DNA of 55,318 bases, filler included, from Sphacelaria rigidula (GCA_964200075.2; 5 parts of 5 records of this genome joined end to end with filler, not necessarily neighbours in it); one strand, 5' to 3'; positions 1-12,348 are shown, counted from the first letter of the whole stretch. Program-made: numbers and translations. The notes: generated from the sequence alone by a model not told the origin.

Positions 1-624
1 CGTTCACGTCCCGCATTTCCGGCTCTAGCACGTCCCGTTCCCCCTTGTATAGTTCACATTCTGCCACTACATGACTTCTGCTCTCTATTCCCTTGCCACA
101 GAGGCAGTTCTGTCCATCTACCTCCTCATCCTTTCGACTGCTGGTATATCTCTTTCTTCTTTCTGGCAGATCCAGGTCCCCCACCCGAAATGCAATTTCA
201 TATTTTTCGCAGCGTCCATTGGGCCATGCAAATATACTTTCATCCCGATCCCCTCTCTCAACCACCCGTATGTCTCCAGGTGTTCTTCCTTGTCTACTTT
301 GCGTTCGAGCACTCCTTTTCCCCTTTTTTCTATCATGTCTCTTACTTTTGCCTTGTACCCCGCGTCTTCATCTATGGACAGTATTTCGTCTTGGTTTCCG
401 TCTATCTCCTTCCACACTTTCTCGACTTCTCTATCCCACCTTATACCACGCCCTTTCCTACTTTTCTTCTATACAGCCCTATCAACTATAGCTGGCAATC
501 TCTCCCTCTGCATGTTGTTTACGCTATATTGCCATCGCAATTTTCTCACGTCTCTGTTTGTTTCAAGTGGGTACATTGCCAACTCTGCTCTCAAAACTTT
601 ATTACTCATCGTTTTCCACCAGTA
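1..624 (-). mobile_element. Degenerate non-LTR retrotransposon (LINE family A), 3' part of ORF2 including the C-terminal Cys/His region
   Basis: Frameshifted minus-strand translation ...LRAELAMYPLETNRDVRKLRWQY...HLETYGWLREGIGMKVYLHGPMDAAK...CLCGKGIESRSHVVAECELY. Bases 330-385 match the LINE copy at 55261-55318 in reverse complement. Confidence 0.75.
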
Positions 625-760
625 GGGGGGGGTGTACCCATGATCTTGCATGCCGTAGCCACATGACCATTGACCTCGCATCCTTACGAAGTCGGGATGG
701 AGCACGCCGGGTTCTCGCCGAACCAGAGTTGAGGGGGGGGAAGGCTGGAGGAGGCGAGGT
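625..760 (-). mobile_element. Short dispersed retroposon-like repeat (poly-G-associated family)
   Basis: Core ATGACCATTGACCTCGCATCC...GGAGCACGCCGGGTT between G-runs; about ten further copies or fragments in the window. Confidence 0.75.
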
Positions 761-1149
761 GTGAGGGGACGGTCGGTACTCGTGCATGTAAGATCGTGGT
801 GGAGCTACCGTACCTTGAGCGCGACGTTGCGTCAGTGAAGGGTGAAATATTAATGCTACAGCGGCGTTTCATTTTGTGCCGATTTGCCGCACACACGCGC
901 CGATTTCCTTTACGAAGAAGCGTCGAACGTTCCATTTCATTTCGAAGTGACCCCCATCTTGTGAACCCTCACGTCGCAGTTGTCGTATGCCCACCCTTGT
1001 ACTGGTGTCCTTGCTCCACAGCTCGCCAGGTATTTCGAGTTGGCGACGGATGCTCACCGCCGATTACCGCAAGAGTGCAGCGTGGACCGTGTCAGGTGTG
1101 GTCATCGTAGAGAAAATGCCGGGACGACGATTACACCTGGCCAATAAAC

Positions 1150-1391
1150 GAGTGGTACTACGATAAGCGGGGGGGGGGGGGGGGGGGGGTGTTAGATTCC
1201 ACGGAGAAAGGACCGTGGGTTTGTCAGACGACCTAACACACGCGCTGTGCCCTTGTATTTGGGTGAAAACGGTGTCAAGCAGTATGGGCGAGTGTTATTT
1301 ATCGGTCACAACCGCGTTCGAAAGATGTTGCTGCTTTCGTGGAAGAAATGCCCCCAACTACCTCCTCTCCTCCCCTGTCGTAGGATGACTC
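1150..1391. mobile_element. Sola-like MITE
   Basis: Termini GAGTGGTACTACGATA.../...TGTCGTAGGATGACTC (GAG..CTC), flanks aaac/gaac; internal sequence homologous to 9750-10000. Confidence 0.55.
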
Positions 1392-1416
1392 GAACAGTAT
1401 TAAATATCGCTGAGTT

Positions 1417-2022
1417 TAGGCTTCTACTTGTAATGCAAGCATAGTGGTCTTTTTGTGCTGCTAATATCACCGAAAGCATTGCTCGTGAAGTGGCAATTAC
1501 GCTCGATTTATGCTCGCATTCTCGTAAGAATTATGCTCGATTTAGGCTTGTCACGTGGAAATCATGCGTGTTTATGCTCGCCTGTGTAGTAGCGAAGCGT
1601 GTGGAACAGCTGATGACGTGGTTCATTTTTCCTTCACGTTTTCTTCTTTTTTCCTACATGGGTTTGTGTGGTCGTTATGGCCCTTATTCACCCCTATAGC
1701 TGTACTACTGCTGTACTGCTGTGCTGGTGCTTAAAACCTTGACAATAGTAGTACACGATCGCACATATTCTTTCAAGACCCCCAGTCAATCGCAGCTTTT
1801 CGGCCCAAATACGCGAAGAGGCGAGCATGTAGGCTGGCGTACCAGCCCCTAGGACGGAAAATCATGCTCGATTATGCTATTAACGTGGACATGATGTTTT
1901 GATGCTACTCGCTGAAATCCTGTGCAATAATTGTGCTCCTCAGCGAAACGCGATGCTTTTTTGCTTCCAAGGTGGAATTATGCTCGAAATTATACCATGA
2001 TGGCGTAATCGGTACAAGCCTC
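1417..2022. mobile_element. hAT-like MITE with repeated TTATGCTCG motifs
   Basis: Imperfect TIRs TAGGCTTCTAC.../...GTACAAGCCTC; degenerate 8-bp flanks gctgagtt/cctgattt; many (T)ATGCTCG subrepeats. Confidence 0.5.
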
Positions 2023-2299
2023 CCTGATTTGTTGCTGTGACGACCACGCTATGCTCCAATGACGTATGGCATATGCCACACCTCGAAGCGCTAACTCGAC
2101 ACCAGGCACGAGAGCTGTCCGCGATGTGCGGTGAATGATGACCTTCTAGTGCGGTGGATCACAGCATCTCCTGAGATCACTTGGTCGCTCAATCTAGGTT
2201 TCGATGCTGTAGATCGAGGGAAAGTTATGCACCGTTTATCGTATCGCAATAGGAGAACTACTCATTCCTTCATTTTGCGCTGCTGACCCTCAACGGACG

Positions 2300-3250
2300 A
2301 TGGGGTACTGACGCTGCACCCTTGTTTGTATCTCCCCGATCTGCGCACAGAGCATGCCTGGCAATCGCGCTGATGCATGCTTCTCCTCATGATCCGGTGA
2401 GTCAACGCTTGACGTGTTCTCGCGAGTATTGGCGTTGTAACCCTGACCATCCGTAAACACTTTGATGAGATGATGGTGCACAAAGAAGGCACTTCTGGTG
2501 TTTAACAGTCATCCTGTCAGAGTGCGACAGAGTGCAGATTCAACAGATGGGCACCCATGGGCAGCCAAAAGGGCTAAACCGAACGACTTAGGCGACATTC
2601 TCTCGAGCAGTTCGCGAGGATATTGTCGCTGGGATATTCTCTTGTGGCCCCGGGCAATACGTTTTTTATACTATGGTTCACTTTTGAAAGATTGGTAGAG
2701 ATGCTCCCACGCTCACTCCTCATTTCCGCTACGATTCGGTCCACCCGCCAGGACGCTTTTGCGGGGTACGCAACTGAGGCGGGGAACGTCGTCCGACAAC
2801 TCATAATGCTGGGACCAGGAGCAGTACCACATGTAGGTGCCGTTGCAGGAGTCCCGTGGTACCCTTGTAGTGCGTGGTGAAAGCCCACGTTGGCCATATT
2901 TCGCACAGACGGCAAACAAACGTGTACCTGATGACGGTTGAATGGACTATGATTTATTATGGACAATTTTGCCGACGGGCCTCCGGGAGTGTTGCCCCTG
3001 TTCCGCTGAGGATTTCCAGCAGATTTCGCCGACGACAGACGAGACCCACCCAACATTCTTGTTGTTTAGTTTGAGGAGAACTGGATATTCTTGCACGAGC
3101 TTCAGTCACACTGGTCACACAGACTTCCCGTCGCTGCCTCTTGTGAAATATGGCACCCCCATCCGTCAACCGACCACCATTTTCCGCTCTCCGTGGATAG
3201 GACCTCTCGGAGTTGATGCGGTGGATGGGAGGAACATACATCGTCACGGA
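2300..3250 (-). pseudogene. Highly degenerate piggyBac-like transposase remnant
   Basis: Broken minus-strand translation contains NNKNVGWVSSV (cf. WxDNKxVxxLST), RVDRI (cf. MGGVDxxD) and AWEHLY...ISQRQYPRELLERM, in the expected order. Confidence 0.35.
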
Positions 3251-3440
3251 GGAATCGATTGATGCGGTTTCATCGCGTTCGTCCGCTGGGGGGGGGGCGT
3301 CCGCTGTAGAGGTACGCTAGCTTGATATATTGTTTGTGATGTTTTTTGAGTAGAGCGCGTTTTTCGTCCGTAATAGATTGGTCACTGATAAGTAGCACAC
3401 GATTTTGTTCCGGGTATGACTCCTTACTTCTGTTATTGTT

Positions 3441-3499
3441 GTTGTGCATATTGTGCATTTTGTGCATTTTGTGCATATTGTGTACTCTGTGCATTTTGT
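3441..3499. repeat. Imperfect 9-bp tandem repeat (TTGTGCATW)n
   Basis: About six consecutive ttgtgcata/ttgtgcatt-like units. Confidence 0.8.
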
Positions 3500-3955
3500 C
3501 ATAACGACTTTCAAGATAAATTTCTGCGTTCGGTCCCAATTGTTCATCCGGCCATTTTTAGCCTCACTTTTTGCGTGGGTGTCCGTAGTGGGCGAGAAAA
3601 CGGTAGATTCTGTGTTCGTGAAGAAAATGTCGACTTCGTTTTTACGTCCAATTGACTGGTTTTACTTGCCTGTATAGTCTGTCCACTTCATCTTGTATGT
3701 AATTGGTCGCGGTAATTCGGGAGGACGCGAACAAATTATATCCGTTGGAGGCCAAAGTAGACAAATATATAGGTTACGAATGAATAACTCATCATTTGAT
3801 TGTTGTACACATATTCCCTTAGGTTGATGCCGCTCTCACGTGCGATTCGGTCGTCTTGCCCCTGTTATGGAAGTTTCGAATAACGCTCAGAATTGAGCAA
3901 GATACTGTAGATGTTGCTTATGGGTGATCCCCGCCATTTTGTGTCGTGATCCTGT

Positions 3956-4078
3956 GCTGAATTCCGGGGGGTGTACTCATGATCTGACGTGCCATCGTAA
4001 TAAGACCATTGACCTTGCATACCTACAAAGCCGGGACGGAGCACGCCGGGTTTTCGCTCAATTCCGGAGGAGGGGGGG
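3956..4078 (-). mobile_element. Poly-G-associated short retroposon copy with TSD
   Basis: Family core flanked by the direct repeat gctgaattccgggggg / gctcaattccggagga. Confidence 0.75.
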
Positions 4079-4089
4079 AATGATCTGTC

Positions 4090-4900
4090 TTGGAGACGAC
4101 ATGGAGAAGGGAGAAAGAGATTTCATCCTTGATGAGCAGAAGCATCAATTTCACTGCCGGTGATATTTCTGAATTAGGGTGGTGGTCGTACTCCAAGCAG
4201 TACGTGGATGGGGAAATTTTCACGCCATCTGACAGGAAGCACTATTCTGTGAATTTCGGTATATTCAAGTACCGATGGAATGAAATAGCACATGTGCCAG
4301 ACTGAAAAACTGCTCTGAACCAGTAACCCACCGGCCACCTGCTTGACGGATTGCAACGGGGCACGGGCGGGCAGGCGGATGCTTTGTTCACCGAGATGGA
4401 AGTGCGCCGATTCATGTTCAATCTCGACGCCAGATTCACAAGCGCAACCGACCGCGACGCATCCATGGCTTGTGGTGTACTTGGCGGTTCTGCCGAAGAT
4501 ATACCCCGCGAAGAATACACGTCTGGCTCGGCGGGGGAACCTCGCTCAGAGAACACGGCTGCTTGCGGACATGGTGGTTCCGGGAGGGTGAGCTCGGGCC
4601 GCGGTGAACACTGTCGGGTGTCTGATCCGCTGAATGAAGGGCATGATGCGGTGCCCCCCGCTTTTGCAGAGAGCCGGAATACATGGACATATCTGCGAGG
4701 GGCTCGGCGCTACATCGACGGGATGAAGCATGTGGTCGCGAGGTGCGCCGTCGTTGTGTCGGAGTGCCGTAGGCGTGATATTGATACTGGAGCGCGCGCT
4801 CCTGCCGTGTTTCTGGGTGGTACCTATCTCACGGTCATGAGGCCCCAGGCCTCGCTTGGGGTTCGCATCCCAACTGCGTGTACCGTGTTGCTCAACTCTT
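4090..4900 (+). pseudogene. Possible DIRS/Ngaro (tyrosine-recombinase retrotransposon) RNase H remnant
   Basis: Stop-interrupted frame with ELGWW, DASM, SENTAA (cf. DNxxA) and YIDGMKHVVA (cf. HIPGxxNxxAD). Confidence 0.35.
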
Positions 4901-5209
4901 GTTTCGGGTGCGCGATACCCAAAAGGAAATGTTGGCATGCCCGTTCTGTTTCATGAATCTGAAATTGGGACAGGCTCATTTGCCTGCCTGGTCGGCTCGC
5001 AGTTGCGACCTGAAACGGCCTTTTTTTAAGTATACACTTGCGGCCGCTCTTTGTAATGGAACATGCTCTGCGCTTCCTTTAGTTGTCGACGTGAAACTGT
5101 CAGATACACGCCGTGACTTTTTGTACTGACATCGGTGTCAGAGTGCCTGTAGTTATCGATCCGCGCTGACCTCGCCGTCGTCCCCACCCCCCTTCTTGAA
5201 GCTTTCACG

Positions 5210-5515
5210 CGTCGAATGACTCCGATTCTTGCTCCTGAGACGCTGAGTCAATGATTCAGTCGTGCAAAATATTCAATTGATCACGACGGGTCGAGTCACT
5301 CTCGTGTCCATTTTCCTCATTGGCCGTAATGATTCGAGTCAGATTCACCTCATCGTTTCCCTAATAGTCGTTATGGCTGGGGTCAGACTTGTATTTCATT
5401 CTCCCCCGAGTACTACCAGACTCCGACTCGCTACCTACTTTCAGGGGGTCAGCCGAGTGACTTGACTCAGAGTCGCCGCTGTTTGTCTGAATTAATTGAC
5501 TCGCGACTCGTTGCC
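5210..5515. repeat. Cluster of GAGTC/GACTC motifs, probable MITE subterminal repeats
   Basis: About ten GAGTC/GACTC pentamers in both orientations within ~300 bp. Confidence 0.45.
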
Positions 5516-6091
5516 GTGTGGAACCTGTTGTGACCGGCGTTCTGTCACTGGTGCTTGGCGCGAGCAGGCCTAACGTCCGAGCCGGCGTGGGTGGGACTCT
5601 GTTGAACTGGTGAGATCCTGATGTCGACTGCTGACCTTCAGTAAACGGTAAGGAAGACTACTGTTTTGTTGACTCTATCTGCCGTTGGAAGACTCTTCTC
5701 AATCGCCGATTGATAGTCATGTATATCCGAACAAGCTACTTCCGGGTGGTATTCATTCTCGAACCCTCCCGTTCAATAGCTGACAGCACCCCGCATGACT
5801 GTTGAGCGGAACACGAAATCTCACTAACGTGCGCAACAGAGGTTATTCATCTACCTAGCTATTCAGGCAATTCTGGTTGTGTGTCGCAATGATCTAGGTA
5901 GGGGCAGGAATATTAGGTGAAATGAAATTTTGCGTTGCATCGAGCGAGCTCTAGAGAACGATATCCTAGCACCGTATGCATGGCTTATTGGCAGCATAGC
6001 ATATTGAACTCTTGCGTCTCTCACCGTAGATTTAAAGCGTGTGTGGTGATCTATCCCTCACCCCATCGATGTACGACTTGGTTCTCCACAG

Positions 6092-6202
6092 GTCACTCTT
6101 TGTTGTGACAGTGGCGAACGGCGATGTGTCAGGCGCACTGGGCGCCGCCAGAGGGATCATCGACGTCGTGGATCGCTATCCGGGGCTGGCCAGAACTCTT
6201 CG
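6092..6202 (+). CDS. Candidate isolated internal exon, unknown protein (SLFVVTVANGDVSGALGAARGIIDVVDRYPGLARTL)
   Basis: Acceptor ttctccacag, donor gtagga, 111 nt (phase 2-2), open and GC-rich; no partner exons identified. Confidence 0.3.
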
Positions 6203-6342
6203 GTAGGAAGCGTACCTGAGACCAAAATTAGTGCCTCTTGCAGGCACCTCGCTCGTTAACGCACGCGCGATGGCGATGGAGTGGTAGTGCTCGATGCGTA
6301 TTGGAAATTAGTCGGTGTGTATCTGCCCGCATTTTCCCTGTA

Positions 6343-6772
6343 ACACGGGATTTTACAAAGTGGGCGGTGGATCTTTTATTGGGGATGGAAACCCGGAGAA
6401 TTAGAATCTTCGTATCCGCACCACATCTTCGAATTATGCTTCCATTTCTTCATTTGCTGGTAGCTATTGATGACTACTACACGCTATTCAAATTTGTATT
6501 TCGATAATCGAAGTGTTGGGGTCTTACGTGAAAAACCAATTTTAGGGGATTTTAGCTGTCCGATCGGACGCCAGAATTGGTTCTTCACCTACGACCCCGA
6601 CATCTCGGTTATCGAAATCCAAATTTGTGTGGCGTGTAGCAGTTGTCAATAGCTGCCAGCTAGTGAAGAAATGGAAGCATACTTCGAAGATTCGGTGTGG
6701 ATACGAAGATTTAAACCCTCCGGGTGTTCATCCCCAATAAAAAATCCATCCTCAATCTGTAAAACCCCGTGT
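6343..6772. mobile_element. MITE with ~110-bp terminal inverted repeats
   Basis: ACACGGGATTTTAC...TTCCATTTCTTCA (6343-6452) is the imperfect reverse complement of 6664-6772; a further TIR copy lies at 10609-10717. Confidence 0.8.
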
Positions 6773-6774
6773 CC

Positions 6775-8375
6775 CGTACTGTTGAGGCGTCGGCACCGGT
6801 TGCCATCATCATAATGTAAAGTATCGGCGACGTATTGCTCACCCCCCCATTCGTTGCCCGTCGCATCTACACCAGGCTCCATAGGGTCCACGCCCTGATG
6901 CTGGCCTTGTCCATCGCGAACGAATGGCATTCGTACGACCGGCTCAGGCAAATCTACAACACCCAGATGTGCCCCTTCGGGCAATCGCCGATGCCGCCTA
7001 TAGAACATATGCGGGCCACTGCAGCGCTCTGCGACAACTTCTCTTGTAGGTGAGTGATGCTACGGTAGGGGTACACAAATATGTTGTGAGGTTAGAATTG
7101 TTAGGAGCCCTTCATCTCATCCAAAACACGACTTATGGAAATATGCGACAGTACGCCAGGATTGCTATTCCAATGTACTGAGGATATCCCGAAAAAATCT
7201 GCAAAATGGGGATGCCCTGATCCACATTCTTGTGCGTCTAGAATCGTTAGGAGCCCCTTAACCAGACAAAATTTCGCGAGAAAAGTGCACCCCTACCGTA
7301 GCATTGCTCAGATGTGTGTGCCTACTGTAGTCAAGTCGTAACGTTGGTTTGCGAAACCAATGGCTTGGGAAGTCACAAAGAGCCTTACGCAAGGACCATG
7401 GGCAGAATAGTCGCGAGCGGTAGAGTTATCCGACAGATTTGCTAACGCTGCCACTTCAAACTTGATATTCTCGATACGCAGACTATTCCAACGGATTATC
7501 GAGCACGGTTTCGCCGGAGTAACTTCCGCTGCTTCAGCGTCAGCACTCGTGCCAACCCCTGAATGCACTTTGAGATCCCTTGAGATGCGAGAGTATCGCA
7601 ACACTGACGGCGATGCACGACGTAAGGCACCAGGACCCAACATCGATGCAGCCCTATGCGTGACCGCTCGGCATACTCCCGGAGTGGCACATACACGCCC
7701 AATCCCTTCCCCTGCCCGGGAGGACAAAGAACTTGACTGCTTGGCGACGGTGCTTCTGGATGATGACGGAGATGAGATGGACGATAAGTTGTCGATGAGC
7801 GCAATAGAGACCGAACCTACTCCCGCCGGTGCATCACTCATCCAGATGGGAAATGACTCCGAGATGGTACCCGTGTCCGTGCCGTACGCCGGGATGGATA
7901 TATGTCGTGGCGGCGCCCGCTTCGCCCCCGATCTCACTACCGGCGTGTCGCTCATGAACACGAGAAACCGAGAGTTGACGAGCATCCACGACCTTTCGGT
8001 GAGCACAAGCCGACAGTTGGACTGTACTGGCGTACTGGCGGAGAATGCGGTGGAAGTAGATAAGAGCGTATCTACGGTGGTTGAGGTGTGCGCAGAAGAC
8101 TGGCTGGATGCTGCCGGTGTCTTGTAGTTGATGAAAATGGACGGGTATGCGGCGGGTTGTTTGCGCAGTGCGTGGCAAGTCAGTCTCCAAGATCCCAAAG
8201 GATTGTGCTGATATCAAGTGTAGAGAGATCGAAATGGCCCGCAATATCGATAGTAAACACCCGTACTGTTGAGAAGTACGACAAATTGATTGTGAACTTG
8301 AAGCATCATGGTAACGGAGACGCTCGAATATCAACTGTGTTGAGATTGCGGTGGGCCAAACTTTTCTGTCCCTAG
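6775..8375 (+). pseudogene. Decayed intronless ORF of unknown family, interrupted by a MITE
   Basis: Coding-like segments 6835-7050, 7342-8127 and 8125-8375 line up with a few stops and frameshifts once the 7052-7309 MITE is removed. Confidence 0.35.
7052..7309. mobile_element. Sola-like MITE
   Basis: ~25-bp TIR GAGTGATGCTACGGTAGGGGTACAC / GTGCACCCCTACCGTAGCATTGCTC; 4-bp flanks aggt/agat; homologous to the outer element at 37003-37520. Confidence 0.8.
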
Positions 8376-8934
8376 TTTCACACATTTAGTTGTTATTGCA
8401 TGCAGACTTCAGCATTTGCTCATATTGCATCGGTGCGGTTCTCGAATTCTACCCGCCAAAACCTGTTACACGCCAAGATTGTACTGGTGCCCCACCGTAC
8501 TGGGTAGGAGGGTTGTGTGTCATTACAGATTTTTTCTGGATATGGAATGGATATGAAATGGATCAAACAGGTTGTACCAGATCGAATTTAATCTATATCG
8601 TCGGTATATCGAATCGGTGGGATATGTTTGGATCGGCGATTAGCGCGAAATCTGTGGTTTGTCGCTATCGGCTATGAAGCGTGATATCTCTGGTTTTCCG
8701 TTGTCGGCTACTACGTGCGATGCATATAATCGGTTATTGTCCACTTCGTGCATAGATGGAATATGATCTTCAGGAAGTGGAGTGTACGTTACATGGCTCG
8801 GTGCCGTGTGGTAGGTAACTTATGCTGAGAAGATGTCACAATAACGGCTGAGCTAATCGATCAGCGCTGACTGAGTAGCTCAGCGATTATTGTGACACTT
8901 GACAAAAGTCGATTCCGGTGTTCGTACAAGCTGT

Positions 8935-9350
8935 TCAGCCTATATTACCTATATATGCGTCGAGACGTAGAGTAGTAGCGGTGATTTCACGGCCGCGTGC
9001 CACATTTGTTTCTCGTAGCCCTTTTGCCATGCGCACGAGAGCCTCGTCGTTTAGGCTATTGAGCGCACCGGTTTTTTGTCTCACTGTGAATAAGATTATA
9101 CAGAAGGGTGAACAGGCTTTGTTGCTTCTCTCCCCCTCTGATGATGCACATCGAAAGATTCGTGGGGTCAATCGATAGTGCGTTATTGTATAGTGGTAAT
9201 CCTCCGATATCGATCGGTAATTGGACAGTTGTTGATGCGTATCGAAGCAACTCGAAGGGCACGATTTGCCTCGATACTCGATGTCGCATCTCTCGGGAGA
9301 TTGAGAGATCAGAAACCCTCACAATCAGTTTTTGTCCTGATGGTGCCTCA
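8935..9350 (-). pseudogene. Frameshifted coding-like segment, unknown family
   Basis: Overlapping minus-strand ORFs 9056-9322 and 8935-9171 read as one protein-like sequence with a single shift near an A-run. Confidence 0.25.
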
Positions 9351-9630
9351 TTGTAAATTGATGTGAAGAATCACACGTAGTCTTGCACAGGAACAGTTAC
9401 ACTTGGAGTACAATACGTATAGGTGCACTCAGAGGATAAGACGTCAGTAGCTGTCGTTGTAGACTTATTTGCACACAGTGGACCAGCGCCGTTGTTCCAT
9501 TTTCCCGTTCGGTGTGGAGAAATCTCCGGCATGATATGAAGATGTTAAAAAGGACCATGTGCAAGTAAGGAACGCATGAAAAATACGTTGTTGTCGGTCA
9601 GCTCTCGCGTGTCTTTGGAAGGGATGAGCC

Positions 9631-10000
9631 GCGTGATGCTACGATAGGGTCCACTCATGACCTCGCATGCCGTCGTCATAAGACCGTTGACCTCGCATCC
9701 TTGCAAAGGCAGGGCGAAGCACGCCGGATTTTCGCCGGACTTCGATAGGGGGGGGGGGGGGGTGTTCGAGTCCACGAACAAAAGGGCTCAGGTCTATGTA
9801 AGACGACCTAACTACTCGCGGTGCGTTTGTATTTGGGTGAAGACGGTCGGTGTCAAGTGGTGTAAATGAGAGTCGTATTGGTAACAAGAGCGTTCGAACC
9901 AACATTGCTGCATTCAACGATGCTTTCGAGGTGGGATTTTGTGGAAGACAAATGGTCGAAATACCCCCCCCCCCCCTCCCCCTTCATCGTAGCACCAATG
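9631..10000. mobile_element. Sola-like MITE carrying a nested poly-G retroposon (9650-9742)
   Basis: Degenerate TIRs GCGTGATGCTACGATAGG / CATCGTAGCACCAATG, flanks agcc/cgcc. Relative to the 1150-1391 copy it has an extra 93 bp flanked by CGATAGGG duplicates. Confidence 0.65.
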
Positions 10001-10608
10001 CGCCGAGGATGATACGGTCGCTTTTTCGTTGCAAGGTCCAGTGACCTTTGTGAGGCGGACCCTTTTACCACCAGGGTGACAATATGTGAAATCGGCATCA
10101 CGTTTTCTTTAGAGTTAACGTGAGGCTCAGATCGCCCACCCTTGGTCAAAGGGTTAGTAGCTGCCGCTGCGGATCATTACCATTACACTTCATACTGTCC
10201 GTTGCTCCCTGACGCAAGATTTGTGTGTGCTTTCCTTGGCCTGTAAAACTGTGGTATGCTTTCAGCTACTCGTCGATATCTTATACTCGGGGTTATCAAA
10301 GCCTTCAGTTGCAAGCTGCTACAGAAAGCGTATACTGTAAAAGAGCCGAAGTGACACTTTGGATAGGACTGAAACTCTTCTTTTCATTAACTGAACGCTT
10401 CTCACTCTCGATGTATCCTGGACTCTCACTCACGAGAACATTGTTGTTGGAGACAACCAGCACTACATGCACACATCATCGGCCCCGTCATAGTCACCGC
10501 GGCCATAGTCGTTGCTCACAACATGAAATTATTTCGTTAAAAAAAAGTAATGATAATTATAGTATGGGATGGGACGACTGAGCCGAGGCTGGTGAAGTGC
10601 AGCCATAA

Positions 10609-10717
10609 ACACGGGATTTTACAAATCTGGGATGGATCTTTTATTGGGGATGAAAACCCGTATGATTGAAACCTTCGTATCCGCACCAAATCTTCGAAGT
10701 ATGCTTCCACTTCTTCA
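10609..10717. mobile_element. Solo TIR of the 6343-6772 MITE family
   Basis: Direct similarity to 6343-6452. Confidence 0.75.
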
Positions 10718-10985
10718 CAACCTTAAGGTTAGGATTAGACCCCAGGGAAAATCCTGAAATAACGGATAACAGCGGATCCTAACTTTTGGGGTTGAAAAAA
10801 CAAATGAGGTTGAAGTCGCATTTCTCTAATGCAGGGAAGATACGAAACAGTAACACAGAGCGGAAGTATCTTCCTCCGCAAAACTCCGCAGGAGGAGTTA
10901 ACCGTCAGACCGCGAGAGTACATCACCTGCTGAATCGGCATCAATATTCACTTGAAAAAAGTACACGTGGTCCAGATGGACTACC

Positions 10986-11085
10986 NNNNNNNNNNNNNNN
11001 NNNNNNNNNNNNNNNNNNNNNNNNNNNNNTTAATTAATTAANNNNNNNNNNNNNNNNNNNNNNNNNNNNNNNNNNNNNNNNNNNN
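10986..11085. other. Artificial contig linker
   Basis: N44-TTAATTAATTAA-N44 (stops in all six frames). Confidence 0.98.
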
Positions 11086-11219
11086 TATGGCAAGCATGAT
11101 CATGAGTACCCCCCCCCTCCCCCCCCCCCGGGTCTCCGTCTTGTATGACAAACTGGGGTGTTGCTGATGCGTTATTATTGTTCGTGTCTGTCTCCTCTCC
11201 GAAATTGAAAACAAAGCAG

Positions 11220-11362
11220 GCGGTGGTGACGATGACGATGACGGGGACGCTGACGGGGTGGCCGACTGGAACCTGCGGAAGTGTGCCGCGGCGGCGCTTG
11301 ACAATCTATCGGGCACGTTCGGCCCAGACCACGTGCTACCAGCGTTACTTCCGGCGTTGGAG
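11220..11362 (+). CDS. TNPO1: Transportin-1 (importin beta-2) internal exon, acidic loop/HEAT8
   Basis: aaagcag|...|gtatgc; GGDDDDDGDADGVADWNLRKCAAAALDNLSGTFGPDHVLPALLPALE matches the transportin motif DWNLRKCSAAALD. Confidence 0.93.
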
Positions 11363-11579
11363 GTATGCATCTCTTCATGTACCTGTTGAATGTGTGAAGC
11401 ATGGCATCCTTGTTTTGTTTCGTTTTTTTGTTGTTGGAGTTCATGTTGTGCGCGGTGTAGCTTACTTTTAGAGAAATCTCACGATCGCACGTCACAACCG
11501 CGGGTCTGCTGGATGAGAGCTCATGTGAAGGAGCATTAAATTATCGTAATTAAGCCTTCCCACGATGTCTTTGACGGAG

Positions 11580-11800
11580 GGGGCAGGGGTGGGTAGGGTG
11601 TGGTCATCATGCCATCGTCATGAGACCGTTGATCTCGCATCCCTACAACGCTGGGTTTTCGCCGGATCAGACACGCAATCACCAAGCGTGACGCGCCGTG
11701 ATGTGCTCGGCGAGTCGCATGAGGGTTGGACTGCACCATGCTAGGATTGTTCGATCCGAAGCGTACTGATTATCTTGCATATGGATGACAGCCTCGAATC
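11580..11800 (-). mobile_element. Longer copy of the poly-G-associated retroposon
   Basis: Family core plus an extension shared with 16430-16670 (TCCGAAGCGTACTGA.TATCTTGCATATGGATG). Confidence 0.7.
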
Positions 11801-11814
11801 ATTTGCTTCATTTT

Positions 11815-12347
11815 CTGGCATCGCCATCCTCGGAGACAGCCACGGGTTGCTCGCTGCCTCATGAGGGTGACCCTTTTGAATATGAATACAGGTTGTTCGT
11901 CTGAGGGTTGCTGCTCTGCTCCGGTAAATGCACACCATGCAGAGGTTTTTCGCGCCCTTCATTGGAAGAGATTGTTCATTGCAGCCGTTACGAGGTAGAC
12001 GCCAAAGCCGTAAGACAAGGTCGTCTTCTCGTTATTGAAGCTGACCATGTATTCCATCCGAGAAGCGTTGAATGCCTCGTTGACTTTCCAGAACAAAGCT
12101 GGCTCGAAAGCGCTGTCAAGTATATGTGGTGGTGAACGGGTCGAAACGTGTGACGCTCTTGATATCCTCCAAGACAAAAATGATGTTGTCTTCCTTCGAG
12201 TGCATCATCATGATCGCCATTTACCATCCTGTGAGGGCGAGGGTGAACAACTGATACCCTTTCCCCGAGGACTCTATCCCGACGCTCATTTTGCAGATCG
12301 GGTGCTGGCCGAAGTGCTTTGTTGGTTTCCCTACTCCTGAGGGCGCT
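11815..12347 (-). pseudogene. DOT1-like SAM-dependent methyltransferase fragment, left arm of foldback
   Basis: Frameshifted translation SGVGKPTKHFGQHPICKMSVGIE...FVLEDIKSVTRFDPFT..DSAFEPALFWKVNEAFNASRMEYMVSF aligns by eye with DOT1 motifs (GSGVGQ, CKxxxGVE, GDF, NNFAFGP). Confidence 0.72.
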
Positions 12348-12348
12348 G

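Noticed and set aside
71-666. Three overlapping + strand ORFs (up to 184 aa)
   Set aside because: Antisense shadows of the minus-strand LINE remnant.
7308-8198. 296-aa minus-strand ORF, the longest in the ORF track
   Set aside because: Ser/Thr-rich, no motifs, ends in a MITE; probably the antisense shadow of the + strand decayed frame, though the strand is not certain.
11030-11041. Recurrent TTAATTAATTAA palindrome at ~11-kb periodicity
   Set aside because: Embedded in N-runs; an artificial six-frame-stop linker, not a biological repeat.
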